DNA of 64,000 bases from an uncultured Verrucomicrobiae bacterium (GCA_963813025.1 CAWEXO010000014.1:160001-224000), one strand, 5' to 3'; shown: positions 41,082 to 54,480, counted from the first letter of the stretch. The notes: generated by a model not told the origin, from the sequence alone. Made by a program: numbers and translations.

Positions 41082-42125
41082 CTAACATCCGTCAACATTC
41101 GGAACGCGGGCGTCAGTCGCTGGTTCCGTGCGCCGCAAAGCCATGGTTCTGACCAGGCGACGTGTGCGAGCGCTGTCGAGCGCTTTCTGCAAGCTGTTAT
41201 TGAGCATAAGTGACAATATCAGGAGAAGACCGATGGCGACACCCTGTCCGTCGCCACCCACCTGTTTGAGACCGAGAATATTGCGAATCGTGGCTACGAG
41301 CGCCAGTGCCCAGAGCACGCCGGTGAGATTTCCGCGTCCGCCGAAGACGCTGACGCCGCCGAGCAGCGCAATGGTAATGACGTCCAATTCAAATCCGAGC
41401 GCGTTATCGGCGCGCGCATTTGATAGACGAGCGGTGAATACGATTCCGGCCATCGCACACATGAGTCCGGAGACTGCAAATAACCAGAAGCGAAGTCTTC
41501 GGACTTTGATTCCTGAATAAAGAGCGGTATCTGGATTCCCGCCGATTGCATAAATGCGTCGACCAATAGCGGTGCACTGGAGAACTGTTGAAAAGAGAGG
41601 GGCAGTCAAAAGGAAAGGGACGATCGTCCAGGGAATGACGGTGGGGCCGACGGTGTCGATACCGAAATTGGTCAATGCATCTGGCAATTCGTTGACCGAG
41701 TCCGCACCTAACAGGATATACCCGATGCCACGGAATAGGGCCAATGTTCCAAGCGTGACGACCAACGACGGTAGATTGAGCCTGGTGACGAGGACACCAT
41801 TGAACGCGCCGGCCAGTCCGCCCGCGATCAAGACGACGGGAATTGCTGCGAGCAGCGGCAGCCGCACACGAATCAGCAAGCCGAGGATGACGCTGCTGAG
41901 AGCGAGTATGCTAGCGACTGATAGGTCGATTTCGCGAGCGATGATGAGTAGGACCATGGGAAGCACAAGAAGCGCCTTCTCCGACACGCCCGCAATGGTT
42001 TGCGACAAATTAAAGGCGGTCGCAAAATGAGGCACCGAAGTTGTGGCGTAGATGTAGATGCACACAAATAGCACGAAGAGAAATCCATCCCAGCTTGCTA
42101 GTCGATGAATGATCCTGGGTATCAT
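41082..42125 (-). CDS. Sugar ABC permease (RhaQ-like)
   Basis: EIDLSVAS, PSLVVTLG and ELDVIT..LLGGVS motifs. Confidence 0.88.
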   Translation of the reverse strand: MIPRIIHRLASWDGFLFVLFVCIYIYATTSVPHFATAFNLSQTIAGVSEKALLVLPMVLLIIAREIDLSVASILALSSVILGLLIRVRLPLLAAIPVVLIAGGLAGAFNGVLVTRLNLPSLVVTLGTLALFRGIGYILLGADSVNELPDALTNFGIDTVGPTVIPWTIVPFLLTAPLFSTVLQCTAIGRRIYAIGGNPDTALYSGIKVRRLRFWLFAVSGLMCAMAGIVFTARLSNARADNALGFELDVITIALLGGVSVFGGRGNLTGVLWALALVATIRNILGLKQVGGDGQGVAIGLLLILSLMLNNSLQKALDSARTRRLVRTMALRRTEPATDARVPNVDGC

Positions 42126-44707
42126 TGCAGCCTCAGAACGGGCTTTCGATAAGAGTGCCTGACCACCAATGCGTCGATCGTAATGGCGACCAGAATTACC
42201 AATCCGTAAACACCCTGTAACCAGAGAGGGTCCACGCGGATGAGCGTAAGTCCATTCTGGATCAGTAGCAGGGTGATACCCCCGAGCGCAACGCCGAGAA
42301 TCGTACCGGAACCGCCACGGATCGCGACGCCACCGACAACCACTGACGCAATCACGGTGAGTTCGAATCCAGACGCGACTCGCGCATCAATCGTCGCATA
42401 ACGGGATGCCCAGAGCGCGCCGTCAAAGCCAGCCAACAGCCCGGCACAGGCAAACGCTCCAAGGATTCGTCGTTGCACCCTGATTCCGATCAAGCGCGCG
42501 CCATCCGGGTTGGAGCCAATCGCGAACAACTCACGGCCCATCGACAGGTTGCGGAGCACAAACCCGATTACAGACAAAACGGCGAGCGCGATGAGTGCCA
42601 CCCTTGGAATGCCGAAATACGATTGCGTGGTAAGATCGAGCCAGGCCTGCGGAACCTGGTCAGCGCTGATCTGCCGACCGTGTGACACAAGACTGTCGAA
42701 TCCCCGAAATAAGGCGAGCGTTCCCAGGGTAACAACAATCGCAGGCACCTGTCCAACGGTGACGACCAACCCGTTGATCAGTCCGCAGGCCAGGCCAACA
42801 CCGCAGGCCAGAAGAAGTGCGAGCGCAATGCTCATCCCGGGATGAGAATGAAGGGCCGCCGCAGAAATGTATGCGGCGAGTCCGATCACCGAGGCGACGG
42901 AGAGGTCGATATTGCGCGTGATCAAAACCAGCATCTGGCCTACGGCGACGATGCTCAGAAGAGCCGCATCCATCGCTAGCGCGATTAGATTAGAACCGCT
43001 GATCATCCTCGGATTCATGAACGAGACCGGCAGAATCACCGCCGCCATCGCTACGATCAGCCCGAGTTCGCGCCGAGCAAAAACTTTGTGAAAGATTGTC
43101 CGTCCCAAAGCGTGGGGTACCGGCGGTCGGATAGATTCAACGTGTTCCACGGTTTCAGCGAGGGCGACCTGAGGCGGATCGATCAACGCGCAATTTTTCT
43201 CATCGAAACCGGGTACGGCTCCGGTTGCGGCGTACATAATTTTTTCCTGCGTCGCTTCGTTGCGGTCGAACTCGGCCGCAACGCGTCCCTCCCTGAGTAC
43301 GACCAGGCGATGGCACATGCCGAGCAGTTCCGGCAGCTCGGAGGAGATCAAAATAATCGCAGCACCCTGTCCAGCCAGGCCGGCGATCACGGCGTGAACT
43401 TCCGCCTTCGTCTGGACGTCAACGCCTTGGGTCGGTTCGTCGAAGATAAACAGGCGCGGCGCCGTCGCGAGCCACTTGGACAAAACAACCTTCTGTTGGT
43501 TCCCGCCGGAAAGGGTGTTTACCGGTTGATCGAAACTGCTGAATCGCAACCGAAGCCGATCGAGGTGCGGCTTGACCAGGCCCAGTTCACGTTCGCGCCG
43601 CACCAGGCCCAAGCGCGTGGTTTCGTCAATTACCGGGAGTGACGCATTGGTGAGGACCGCAAATTCCATGATCAGGCTTTGACCAATTCGGTCTTCGGAC
43701 ACATAGGCAATCCCGGAATCCATGGCGTCACGAGGCGATAGGAAAGATACCGGGTGATCTTCGATGCGAATAGAGCCGCTTGAAGGTTTATCAACGCCGA
43801 AAAGGACTCGGGCGATCTCCGTTCTGCCGCTTCCTACAAGACCTCCAAATCCGACGATCTCACCACTTTTGACCGTCAATGAAACGTTTTCAAAAACGCC
43901 GGACCGCGAAAGGTGCTCCACGCTTAGAATCGTTTTGCCTAACACGGTGTCCAGTTTCGGATACATTCTCGCCAGGGGTCGCCCTACCATGAGTTGTACC
44001 GCTCGATCGTGCGGCATCTCGCTAGCCAACCCTCCCGCAACCATGACGCCATCCCGCAGGACGGCAATTCGATCAGCTACCCGATAGATTTCCTCCATTC
44101 GATGGCCGACGAACAGCATCGCCACCTGCCGTCTCCGGAGGGCATCAACCACGCCAAACAACCGATCGACCTCGCGCTGGGATAAGGCTGCGGTTGGCTC
44201 ATCCATGATCAGGACGCGAGCGTTGAAGGCAAGTGCTTTGGCAATCTCCACCAACTGTTGTTCAGACGTGCGCAGCCGGCTGAGTAGCTCATCCGAGTCA
44301 ACCGACAATCCAACGACGTCGAGAAGTCTGCGTGCCTCGGTCTTCATCCTGGAGTAATCGAGGCGGCCCCATCGATCTTTCTTTGGATGACCGATAAAAA
44401 GATTCTCGGCGACCGACAGATCGCGGAATAATCCGGGATGCTGATGCATGACAGCGATCCCGTGATGTTGTGCCTCCAGCGGCGAGCGGAGGTCGAGCGC
44501 GCGTCCTTCGAAAATGATTTGCCCTCGGTCCGGTCGATAGACTCCAGCGAGCAGCTTGACGCAGGTACTCTTGCCAGCGCCGTTCTCTCCCAACAACGCA
44601 AGTACTTCGCCGGCTTTCAGTTCGAAAGAGACTTCGCGAACCGCGACTGTTCCGCCGAATGATTTGGTGACATCGCGAAGAGCAGCGATCGCTCCATCGG
44701 CTTTCAT
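42122..44707 (-). CDS. Fused sugar ABC ATPase + permease (RhaT-RhaP-like)
   Basis: 861 aa: GENGAGKST, DEPT and LSGGNQQK, then a linker and permease motifs TRNIDLSV and ELTVIA.VVVGGV. Confidence 0.9.
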   Translation of the reverse strand: MKADGAIAALRDVTKSFGGTVAVREVSFELKAGEVLALLGENGAGKSTCVKLLAGVYRPDRGQIIFEGRALDLRSPLEAQHHGIAVMHQHPGLFRDLSVAENLFIGHPKKDRWGRLDYSRMKTEARRLLDVVGLSVDSDELLSRLRTSEQQLVEIAKALAFNARVLIMDEPTAALSQREVDRLFGVVDALRRRQVAMLFVGHRMEEIYRVADRIAVLRDGVMVAGGLASEMPHDRAVQLMVGRPLARMYPKLDTVLGKTILSVEHLSRSGVFENVSLTVKSGEIVGFGGLVGSGRTEIARVLFGVDKPSSGSIRIEDHPVSFLSPRDAMDSGIAYVSEDRIGQSLIMEFAVLTNASLPVIDETTRLGLVRRERELGLVKPHLDRLRLRFSSFDQPVNTLSGGNQQKVVLSKWLATAPRLFIFDEPTQGVDVQTKAEVHAVIAGLAGQGAAIILISSELPELLGMCHRLVVLREGRVAAEFDRNEATQEKIMYAATGAVPGFDEKNCALIDPPQVALAETVEHVESIRPPVPHALGRTIFHKVFARRELGLIVAMAAVILPVSFMNPRMISGSNLIALAMDAALLSIVAVGQMLVLITRNIDLSVASVIGLAAYISAAALHSHPGMSIALALLLACGVGLACGLINGLVVTVGQVPAIVVTLGTLALFRGFDSLVSHGRQISADQVPQAWLDLTTQSYFGIPRVALIALAVLSVIGFVLRNLSMGRELFAIGSNPDGARLIGIRVQRRILGAFACAGLLAGFDGALWASRYATIDARVASGFELTVIASVVVGGVAIRGGSGTILGVALGGITLLLIQNGLTLIRVDPLWLQGVYGLVILVAITIDALVVRHSYRKPVLRLQ

Positions 44708-45044
44708 ACCAATGGTACTATGGACTCCAACGCGCCCGGGATCTCAAAGGAAAAACCCTCGCAAGTACTTATGAGAAGACTTCATCGATAAGGATTTTGA
44801 CGTCAGGAAAGCTCTCAGCTGGAGCGCTCCCGAGCTTTTGGGGCCAAGCGAGTTCGGTGCGTTCCAGCGGATCCAAGTTGCCTTCTTTTGCGAGGAGATA
44901 ACACTCGCGAATGGTCAGCTCGCGAACCTGTGGCTCCAGGCCGGTGTTCATGCATGCTAGGGTGGGGTATTTTGGCTTTTTCATCAAGGAGCAGAAAAGT
45001 AAAACGGCTCAAGCCGACCACGCCCGCTTCGCAGTCTGAGTCCG

Positions 45045-45800
45045 CTACTCCAGCTCCGCCCGGAGATACACCGTCGCGCTGATGTCCAGTTTGCCGGCTT
45101 CGATGCTCGTCGGCGGCGCGGTTGCTGCGCGGGCAAAGGTCATTGCTCGCTCTGCCGCCACCGGAAGAGGATTAAACTCGAGTCCGCCCTCGCGCACTTC
45201 GACCGGCTTGAGCCGCACTGGAGTGAAGCCCTCACTGCTGCTCAAACCGCGCGCAATAGCTTGTGCCCTGGCCAAGGCATCGGCTGTCGCGGCGGTCAAA
45301 ACTTGCCGGCGCACCGCGCTGTCATCGTCCAAAACGAAGGTAACGCTACTCACCGAATTCGCTCCGGCCTGCGTCGCCCGATCAAGCACGCCACCCACCT
45401 TGGTGAGATCGCGCAACTTCACCGCGACACTGTTCGTGACTTTGTACCCGCTGATGCCCGTGGTTCGGATGTTTCCTTCGACGCGATTCTGGACTTCAAT
45501 GGAGTACTGTCCGGTGCTGACTTCCATCTGCGGATCGCCAAGGCCCTTTATTGCTTCGGTCACGGCCGCACTGATCCGAGCGTTATCCTGCTGCGCGACG
45601 AGAGCATCCTTGTTCTGGGTAACTACGGCGATGACGATGTTGGCCTCGTTTGGCGCGACGTGTTGGGTCGCGGTTCCGTACACGACAATTGTTCGTGCCG
45701 AATAATCAGGCGGCCCTGGGACCGGCCTCGTTTGGGTTTGCGCGGAGGCGGCCGAGGCAAGCATCGTTCCGCCCAACAACAAGACGACTAAGGATTTCAT
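45045..45800 (-). CDS. SIMPL domain (DUF541/Bp26/YggE) exported protein
   Basis: Signal peptide; I.V.G......P, GY.VTN.V.V, VLD....GAN and A..DA..RA motifs. Confidence 0.88.
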   Translation of the reverse strand: MKSLVVLLLGGTMLASAASAQTQTRPVPGPPDYSARTIVVYGTATQHVAPNEANIVIAVVTQNKDALVAQQDNARISAAVTEAIKGLGDPQMEVSTGQYSIEVQNRVEGNIRTTGISGYKVTNSVAVKLRDLTKVGGVLDRATQAGANSVSSVTFVLDDDSAVRRQVLTAATADALARAQAIARGLSSSEGFTPVRLKPVEVREGGLEFNPLPVAAERAMTFARAATAPPTSIEAGKLDISATVYLRAELE

Positions 45801-45896
45801 GGTTGCCAGTTTTGACTGACTTAGCTGGGATGCTGTTCAAATGGGGATGGGGCGTGACGGGCGTGTCGGACCTTGGGTAATCTGTGGCGCGCGCAC

Positions 45897-46209
45897 TCGA
45901 GCTATGGTTCGAAAGGGAGGTTCGAGGGATGTCCCAAGGCGTCTTTGCTCCTGCGCCGGTAGGGCGATCCGCCTTGGCGGCCGAGCGCCAGGCGAGAACT
46001 TGTTTGGCGTGTCCGCCATAGCCTTGGCGAAGGCGGAGCCATCTGGAGCGGGTGGCTCACCCAAGGTCCGGCTCAAATAAAGAGAGTGTCTCGCTGGCGC
46101 TCGAATGAATTTTCGCCCTACCGGTCGTGGGTCAGCGGATGTTGCGAGACATTCTCTAAATTTTCGCCCTGCGCAGGATACTGCGGCATTCTGAGACGAT
46201 CTCTAGCGC
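45897..46209. repeat. Composite REP/REPIN-like repeat, copy B (core 45956-46124)
   Basis: Core CCGGTAGGGCGA...TCGCCCTACCGG; both flanks are shared with copy E. Confidence 0.9.
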
Positions 46210-46357
46210 TCGCGCGACAATCGCTCGGTGGCGTACTGAGACTTCCAAGTCCGACAGACCCATGACGCGCGTACTGCGTTGCCAACGCCGGAGTGCCTCC
46301 GGATTTTCAAGGAGTCACTCCGTTCGCCGGAAGAGCGTTTGCGGGGCGATCCTCTCT

Positions 46358-49525
<3,168 letters not shown>

Positions 49526-49686
49526 TCACAAATTGAACAGACACAGCGCGAGGTAGGTAATTATGAGTGAAGGAGTCAGTACTTACGACGGCTGCGTCGG
49601 AAGATCGATCTGATCGATTGTGGGCCGCCTTCAGGCCGGGATCGGCGGATGCGTGGCGGCGTGCTGCTTGTATTTGTCCCCGTCCT

Positions 49687-49812
49687 GGTAGGGCGAAAAT
49701 TCATTTGAACTTTAGCGAGAACTTGTTTGAGCCGTCTGGAGGGCGTGGCTTGCCCCGGTGTCCGGCTCAAACAAGTTCTCGCCTGGCGCTCGAATGAATT
49801 TTCGCCCTACCG
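49687..49812. repeat. REP/REPIN-like hairpin repeat, copy C
   Basis: Near-complete palindrome GGTAGGGCGAAAATTCATT...AATGAATTTTCGCCCTACC. Confidence 0.9.
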
Positions 49813-50010
49813 CCGCAGGGCCAAAGATACGTTGAGGGTTAAGACCCGCGGGCTGAGTCCTGACGTCCCCTTCGGACTAAAAAAAAGTCCCACGTGCCCG
49901 GGCCGTCCGCCTTCGTCCCCGTTTCGGGACTACGCCCGCGAGAAGTTCCGCGCTACTTGGCACGCTGGTTTTGTGCGTCACGTTCCAAGGTACGGACGAG
50001 GCCGTCCGCG

Positions 50011-50634
50011 CTACCTGGCGGCTACGCGCGCAGCTGTCGATTTTTTGAACAAGAATTTCTTGGCAACCCGCGCGGTTTCCAGGGTGATGAGGAGCAGAAG
50101 CAGCCAGCGAGCGACATACCAATGACCTTTACCGGCGATCGACTGATGATAGATGAGCACGATTGCCGCGACATAAGCCAGCCGATGAAGCAGTTTCCAT
50201 CGCTTTCCGCCCAGCTTCCTGACAGACCAGTTGTTACTGGTGATTCCGAGCACAACAAGGATCGTTAGCCCCGTTAAGCCGAACCAGATGAAAGGCTTGG
50301 AGAAACTCTGGAGCAAATCATCCCAATCGCCTTGGTAGAGCACGTGACACGAAAAATGAAAGAGACCGTAGATACAGGCCGATACGCCGATATAACGCCG
50401 GTGCCGGTTTAACGCATTGACGATCGCGGAGCGCGGGAAGAGAACCCGCAAAGGCGTCAGGCTCAAGACCGCGCCCAAGCTCCAGATGGCCATCTCCCCC
50501 GACACATGCAGCAATCTTTCGATGGGGTTTGCGCCCAGTTGATTGGTAAACGCGGGAACAATCAACAGGCACACGCCGATACCGATTAGGATCGAGAGCG
50601 CGACAATCTTCTTGGAGAGCAGCTTGGCGACCAC
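50011..50634 (-). CDS. msrQ: Methionine sulfoxide reductase heme membrane subunit
   Basis: L.LTPLR, RR.IG, H, TSN.....LG...WK.LHRL.Y motifs; directly downstream of msrP. Confidence 0.88.
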   Translation of the reverse strand: MVAKLLSKKIVALSILIGIGVCLLIVPAFTNQLGANPIERLLHVSGEMAIWSLGAVLSLTPLRVLFPRSAIVNALNRHRRYIGVSACIYGLFHFSCHVLYQGDWDDLLQSFSKPFIWFGLTGLTILVVLGITSNNWSVRKLGGKRWKLLHRLAYVAAIVLIYHQSIAGKGHWYVARWLLLLLITLETARVAKKFLFKKSTAARVAAR

Positions 50635-50661
50635 GGCTACGCCTGGAACGGTTTCCTGAAA

Positions 50662-51624
50662 TCAGAAATTTTTCCGAAGATCCAGTCCGGCATAGAGACT
50701 GGCGACCTGCTTCTCGTAACCATTGAAGTTCAGGGTCGGTTGTCGTCCGGAAAAGAAACCGCCTCCGATGATGCGTTCTGTTTTCTGGCTCCAACGCGGA
50801 TGATCAACCTCGGGATTCACGTTTGCATAGAATCCGTATTCATCGGGCGCCATCTGGTTCCACAACGTCTTCGGCTGTTCTGCCACAAAATCGATTCGCA
50901 CAAGCGATTTGGCTCCTTTGAAGCCGTATTTCCAGGGGACAACTAACCGCATCGGCGATCCGTTCTGGTTCAGCAACGGCTTGCCATAGATACCCGTAGC
51001 CAGAAATGCCAACTCATTGTTTGCCTCGGCGACGGTCAACCCTTCGGTATAAGGCCAGGGAAAGTCGTTGGAGCGCTGGCCGGGGCACGATTTGGGATCG
51101 AGAAAAGAGGTAAACTGCAGGTACTTGGCCTCGGGCTTTGGTTGGGCGATCGCGACGAGCTTGGCCAGGGGAAATCCATCCCAGGGTATCACCATGGACC
51201 AGGCTTCCACGCAGCGATGACGATAATTACGTTGCTCGATTCCGCCGACCGCCTTCACCAGGCCGTTGACGTCATACTTGCCCGGGTTTGCGCAGAGGCC
51301 ACCCACCTCGGTCGTCCAAGGCTCGGTCTTCCAGCCTCGGTTGGAGTTCGTCTTCGGATCGCCCTTGTCGAGGCCCCACTCGTAAAAATTGTTGTAGCCA
51401 GTAATAGCGTCGTAGGGCGTGAGTTTGACGTCCGGTAATTTGTAGGAGGCATTGAGTGAATCGGGGAATCCTGCGGTAGCAGCTCTGGCCAGCGCCGGCA
51501 AAAAAGCGCTCGCGGCCAATCCAAGACCGCAGGTGCGCAGGAACTGGCGGCGACCGAGGTATTGTGATTCAGGGGTGACGGCCGAATCGGGCAGCTGCCA
51601 GGGATGGATCTTACGGATGTGCAT
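50662..51624 (-). CDS. msrP: Periplasmic molybdoenzyme methionine sulfoxide reductase
   Basis: Tat motif RRQFL; YNNFYE, RCVEAWSMVIPW, RLVVPWKYGFK and NVNP.VDHPRWSQ motifs. Confidence 0.95.
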   Translation of the reverse strand: MHIRKIHPWQLPDSAVTPESQYLGRRQFLRTCGLGLAASAFLPALARAATAGFPDSLNASYKLPDVKLTPYDAITGYNNFYEWGLDKGDPKTNSNRGWKTEPWTTEVGGLCANPGKYDVNGLVKAVGGIEQRNYRHRCVEAWSMVIPWDGFPLAKLVAIAQPKPEAKYLQFTSFLDPKSCPGQRSNDFPWPYTEGLTVAEANNELAFLATGIYGKPLLNQNGSPMRLVVPWKYGFKGAKSLVRIDFVAEQPKTLWNQMAPDEYGFYANVNPEVDHPRWSQKTERIIGGGFFSGRQPTLNFNGYEKQVASLYAGLDLRKNF

Positions 51625-51899
51625 GACAAACTATTGAGACCTGTGCGGCGACTGGCGTCTCGCCAGATGCTTTCTCTGCCAAAACATATAGGATCGGAAA
51701 GATTGGTCTAACGGCGATTTCGAGAGGCGAAGTCGCAGATCATTTTGCTGGGCTGGCACTTTTTCCTGCTCGGTCACGTTCCACCTGATGAGGCGCCCAA
51801 GCGATGTCTTATTCCCGACGCTACGGCATCTCCGGCTGCATCTCGAACGAGTCTTCGCCAAAGGCTCAGATAAAGAGCATGTCTAGCAACGCCCTAAAT

Positions 51900-52032
51900 C
51901 GGTAGGGCGAAAACTTGTTTGAGCCGGACCCCGAGTGGCCACCGTCCAAGACGGCTCAAACAAGTCCTCGCTTGAAGCTCCTCCTTCGCTAAAGCTTCGG
52001 CGGATACGTCGGATAAATTTTCGCCCTACCGG
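51900..52032. repeat. REP/REPIN-like hairpin repeat, copy D
   Basis: CGGTAGGGCGAAAA...TTTTCGCCCTACCGG with TTTGAGCCG/CGGCTCAAA inner stem. Confidence 0.9.
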
Positions 52033-52189
52033 CACAGGACTTCCTGTCGCGTACTACCAGCCTTGAAGCACTGGCCTATTCTCTTTCTGCTCGCCGGCTT
52101 CGTCGGCGCCGATCAGGTCGGAGGCGCCTCAAAAACACGCTCGACCAAAAGCGGCAGGATCAGTATAGGCGAAACAGGACACAGTTCTG

Positions 52190-52927
52190 ATGGCTGAACT
52201 GACTGCCTCGCTGCGCGATCAAGTCATCCTGGTTACCGGCGCAAGCTCCGGGATCGGGCGCGCAACCAGTGTTGCTTTGACCGCGGCTGGAGCAAAAGTG
52301 ATCCTGTTCGGCCGGTCGCGGCACAAGCTGGTCGCGACTAATGCCAGCTGCGACAATCTCGGCCTTATTTTTCCGGGTGACGTTACTCAGCCGGAGAACC
52401 TGGCGGCAGCCGTGGAAGCCGGACTAAATCGGTTCGGGCGCTTGGATGGCCTTTTTGCGAATGCCGGTCTTTATCTTTCCGGTGATATTTTCGGCGGAGA
52501 CAAGCGAAGCTGGTCAGAGCTGGTGGACGTGAACGTGAAAGGTGTCTTCTACTCGGTCGACGCGGTTCTTCCCCAACTACGCCGGCAAAGTTGCGGCGAC
52601 ATCATTGTCTGCAGTTCGATCTCCGGTCATCAGGCTATCCACTGGGAACCAGTCTACAGCGCCTCCAAGCACGCTATTCAATCGTTTGTTCACGGGCTGC
52701 GGCGTCAATTGCTCCACACCGGAATCCGGGTCGGAGCGGTGGCGCCTGGAATGGTACTGAACGAACTCTGGGGAATTAAGGAAGAATCAGAGATCGACCG
52801 GCGCGCTTCGGCCGGAGAAGGCCTGCGCTCGGAGGATGTCGCCGAAGCAGTGCTTTTCATGCTGACGCGTCCGCGCAATGTCACGATTCGCGATCTAGTG
52901 ATGCTGCCGCGCACGCAGGATTTGTGA
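52190..52927 (+). CDS. SDR oxidoreductase, ribitol 2-dehydrogenase-like
   Basis: TGASSGIG, ANAGLY, WEPVYSASK and TRPRNVTIRDLV motifs. Confidence 0.85.
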   Translation: MAELTASLRDQVILVTGASSGIGRATSVALTAAGAKVILFGRSRHKLVATNASCDNLGLIFPGDVTQPENLAAAVEAGLNRFGRLDGLFANAGLYLSGDIFGGDKRSWSELVDVNVKGVFYSVDAVLPQLRRQSCGDIIVCSSISGHQAIHWEPVYSASKHAIQSFVHGLRRQLLHTGIRVGAVAPGMVLNELWGIKEESEIDRRASAGEGLRSEDVAEAVLFMLTRPRNVTIRDLVMLPRTQDL

Positions 52928-52957
52928 GCTTGCCAGAAATATAGCATATTTTATGCG

Positions 52958-53236
52958 GTGAAGGCCACGCTGGAAATCCCTGACGACCTCTACCGAGCGA
53001 TAAAGACCAGAGCTGCTTCCCAGAATCGCAAGGTCAAAGAACTCGTGGCCGACGCGCTGCGATCGTTTATCGAAAAAGCTGACCGCGACCGTCAGCCAGT
53101 CGGACAGCGTGCCAGTCCTTTTCCCCTCCTTCGTGGAAAAGCTGGTCCCCTCCTGAAGATCTTAGAGAATTCACTCATCGCACAACTTCAGGAAGAGGAA
53201 GACATTGAGCGCTTACGGCGAGCTTCTGGACGTTAA
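52958..53236 (+). CDS. VapB-like ribbon-helix-helix antitoxin
   Basis: MKATLEIPDDLYRAIKTRAA..NRKVKELV..AL; overlaps a PIN-domain start. Confidence 0.7.
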   Translation: MKATLEIPDDLYRAIKTRAASQNRKVKELVADALRSFIEKADRDRQPVGQRASPFPLLRGKAGPLLKILENSLIAQLQEEEDIERLRRASGR

Positions 53237-53247
53237 CGTTTGGATCA
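53205..53247 (+). pseudogene. First 14 codons of a VapC/PIN toxin, cut off at repeat copy E
   Basis: TTG start overlapping the antitoxin end gives MSAYGELLDVNVWI (PIN LLDxNV motif); repeat sequence begins at 53248. Confidence 0.6.
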
Positions 53248-53487
53248 TCGAGCTATGGTTCGGAAGAGAGGTTCGAGGGATGCGCCCCAAGGCGCCTTTG
53301 GTCCTGCGCCGGTAGGGCGAAAATTCATTTGAGCCGGACGCTTGGGTGAGCCACCCGCTCTAGATCGCTCCGCCTTCGCCAACGCTATGGCGGACACGTC
53401 AAACAAGTTCTCGCTGAGGCTCGTCCGCCAAGGCGGATCGCCCTACCGCCACAGAACAATGCGGCATTCTGAGGCGATCTCTAGCGC
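53248..53487. repeat. Composite REP/REPIN-like repeat, copy E (core 53309-53448)
   Basis: Flanks are in the same orientation as copy B; the core is the reverse complement of the copy B core. Confidence 0.9.
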
Positions 53488-53529
53488 GCGGAGCCGGCCC
53501 CGGTCGCTACCAAAGAAATCACCCTGATG

Positions 53530-54480
53530 CTATCTCGCTTTGTACCGACGTACCAGTGTTGCGATATTCTCCAATTTAGTGGATGAGCAAGCAACAGCGC
53601 GTGCCTCCGGAAATGCGGCCGCTGCCAGTCTGGTTAAAACGTCGCCGGGTGGCATCTCCACAAAGAGTCGGGCGCCAAGCTCGAACAGAACCGTGGTCGC
53701 GTCGTGCCAATGGATCGGGTAAGCCATGTTGGTAGCCAAGTCGGTACGTATCGTCTCAGCATCTCGAGCAAGCCGGCCACCACGATTGTCGATGTAAGGG
53801 ATCCGGGGCGCCGGTATTGTCACGCCTGCGGCGGCAGTCGAAAGACGTTCGGCCGCCGGCCGAAGAAGCTCGCAATGCGATGGCACCGCGACATTCAGGC
53901 GATTGGCTTTCGCAGCACCGGCCTTGCGCGCAGCGGCAACGAGGGAGTCCAAACCAGTTTCGGTGCCGGAGGCGACAATCTGGGAAGGACTGTTGACGCC
54001 GGCCAGGTAAACCGATGGATGTTGACGGTTCACTTCGTCCAAAAGCGAGAGCACGCGGCGTTCGCTGAGTCCGATGATGAAAGCCATGCCGTAGCGTGCG
54101 GGAAAACTCTCTTCCATCAACGCGCCTCGGAGCGAAACCAAATCCAGGGCGGTTTTAAAGGCGAGTCCCGTCGCGGCGTGCGCCGCGCCAAATGCGCCAA
54201 CGGAGAGGCCCGCCACCATTTCCGGATGCGCACCGAGGTTGTCCAATTCACGAAGGGTAGCGATACCGCTGATCAAGAGCGCCAACTGCACGTTGCGGGT
54301 CGAGTGCAGAGCCTCGGCGTTGTCGAACTGGAGGGGATCAAATCCGAGGTGTTGACGAGCTTCTCGGATGGTGTCGCGCCCGCTCCGGTATTCGAGGAGC
54401 GAATGCAGCATGCCCTCCTGCTGCGAGCCTTGACCGGGGAAGAGGAAAGCGACGCATGATTCAGGATTCATCCGTTTCAA
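53530..54480 (-). CDS. mdcH: Malonate decarboxylase malonyl-CoA:ACP transacylase
   Basis: FPGQGSQ, GLSVG, R and VPSHC motifs; last gene of the mdc operon. Confidence 0.9.
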   Translation of the reverse strand: MKRMNPESCVAFLFPGQGSQQEGMLHSLLEYRSGRDTIREARQHLGFDPLQFDNAEALHSTRNVQLALLISGIATLRELDNLGAHPEMVAGLSVGAFGAAHAATGLAFKTALDLVSLRGALMEESFPARYGMAFIIGLSERRVLSLLDEVNRQHPSVYLAGVNSPSQIVASGTETGLDSLVAAARKAGAAKANRLNVAVPSHCELLRPAAERLSTAAAGVTIPAPRIPYIDNRGGRLARDAETIRTDLATNMAYPIHWHDATTVLFELGARLFVEMPPGDVLTRLAAAAFPEARAVACSSTKLENIATLVRRYKAR

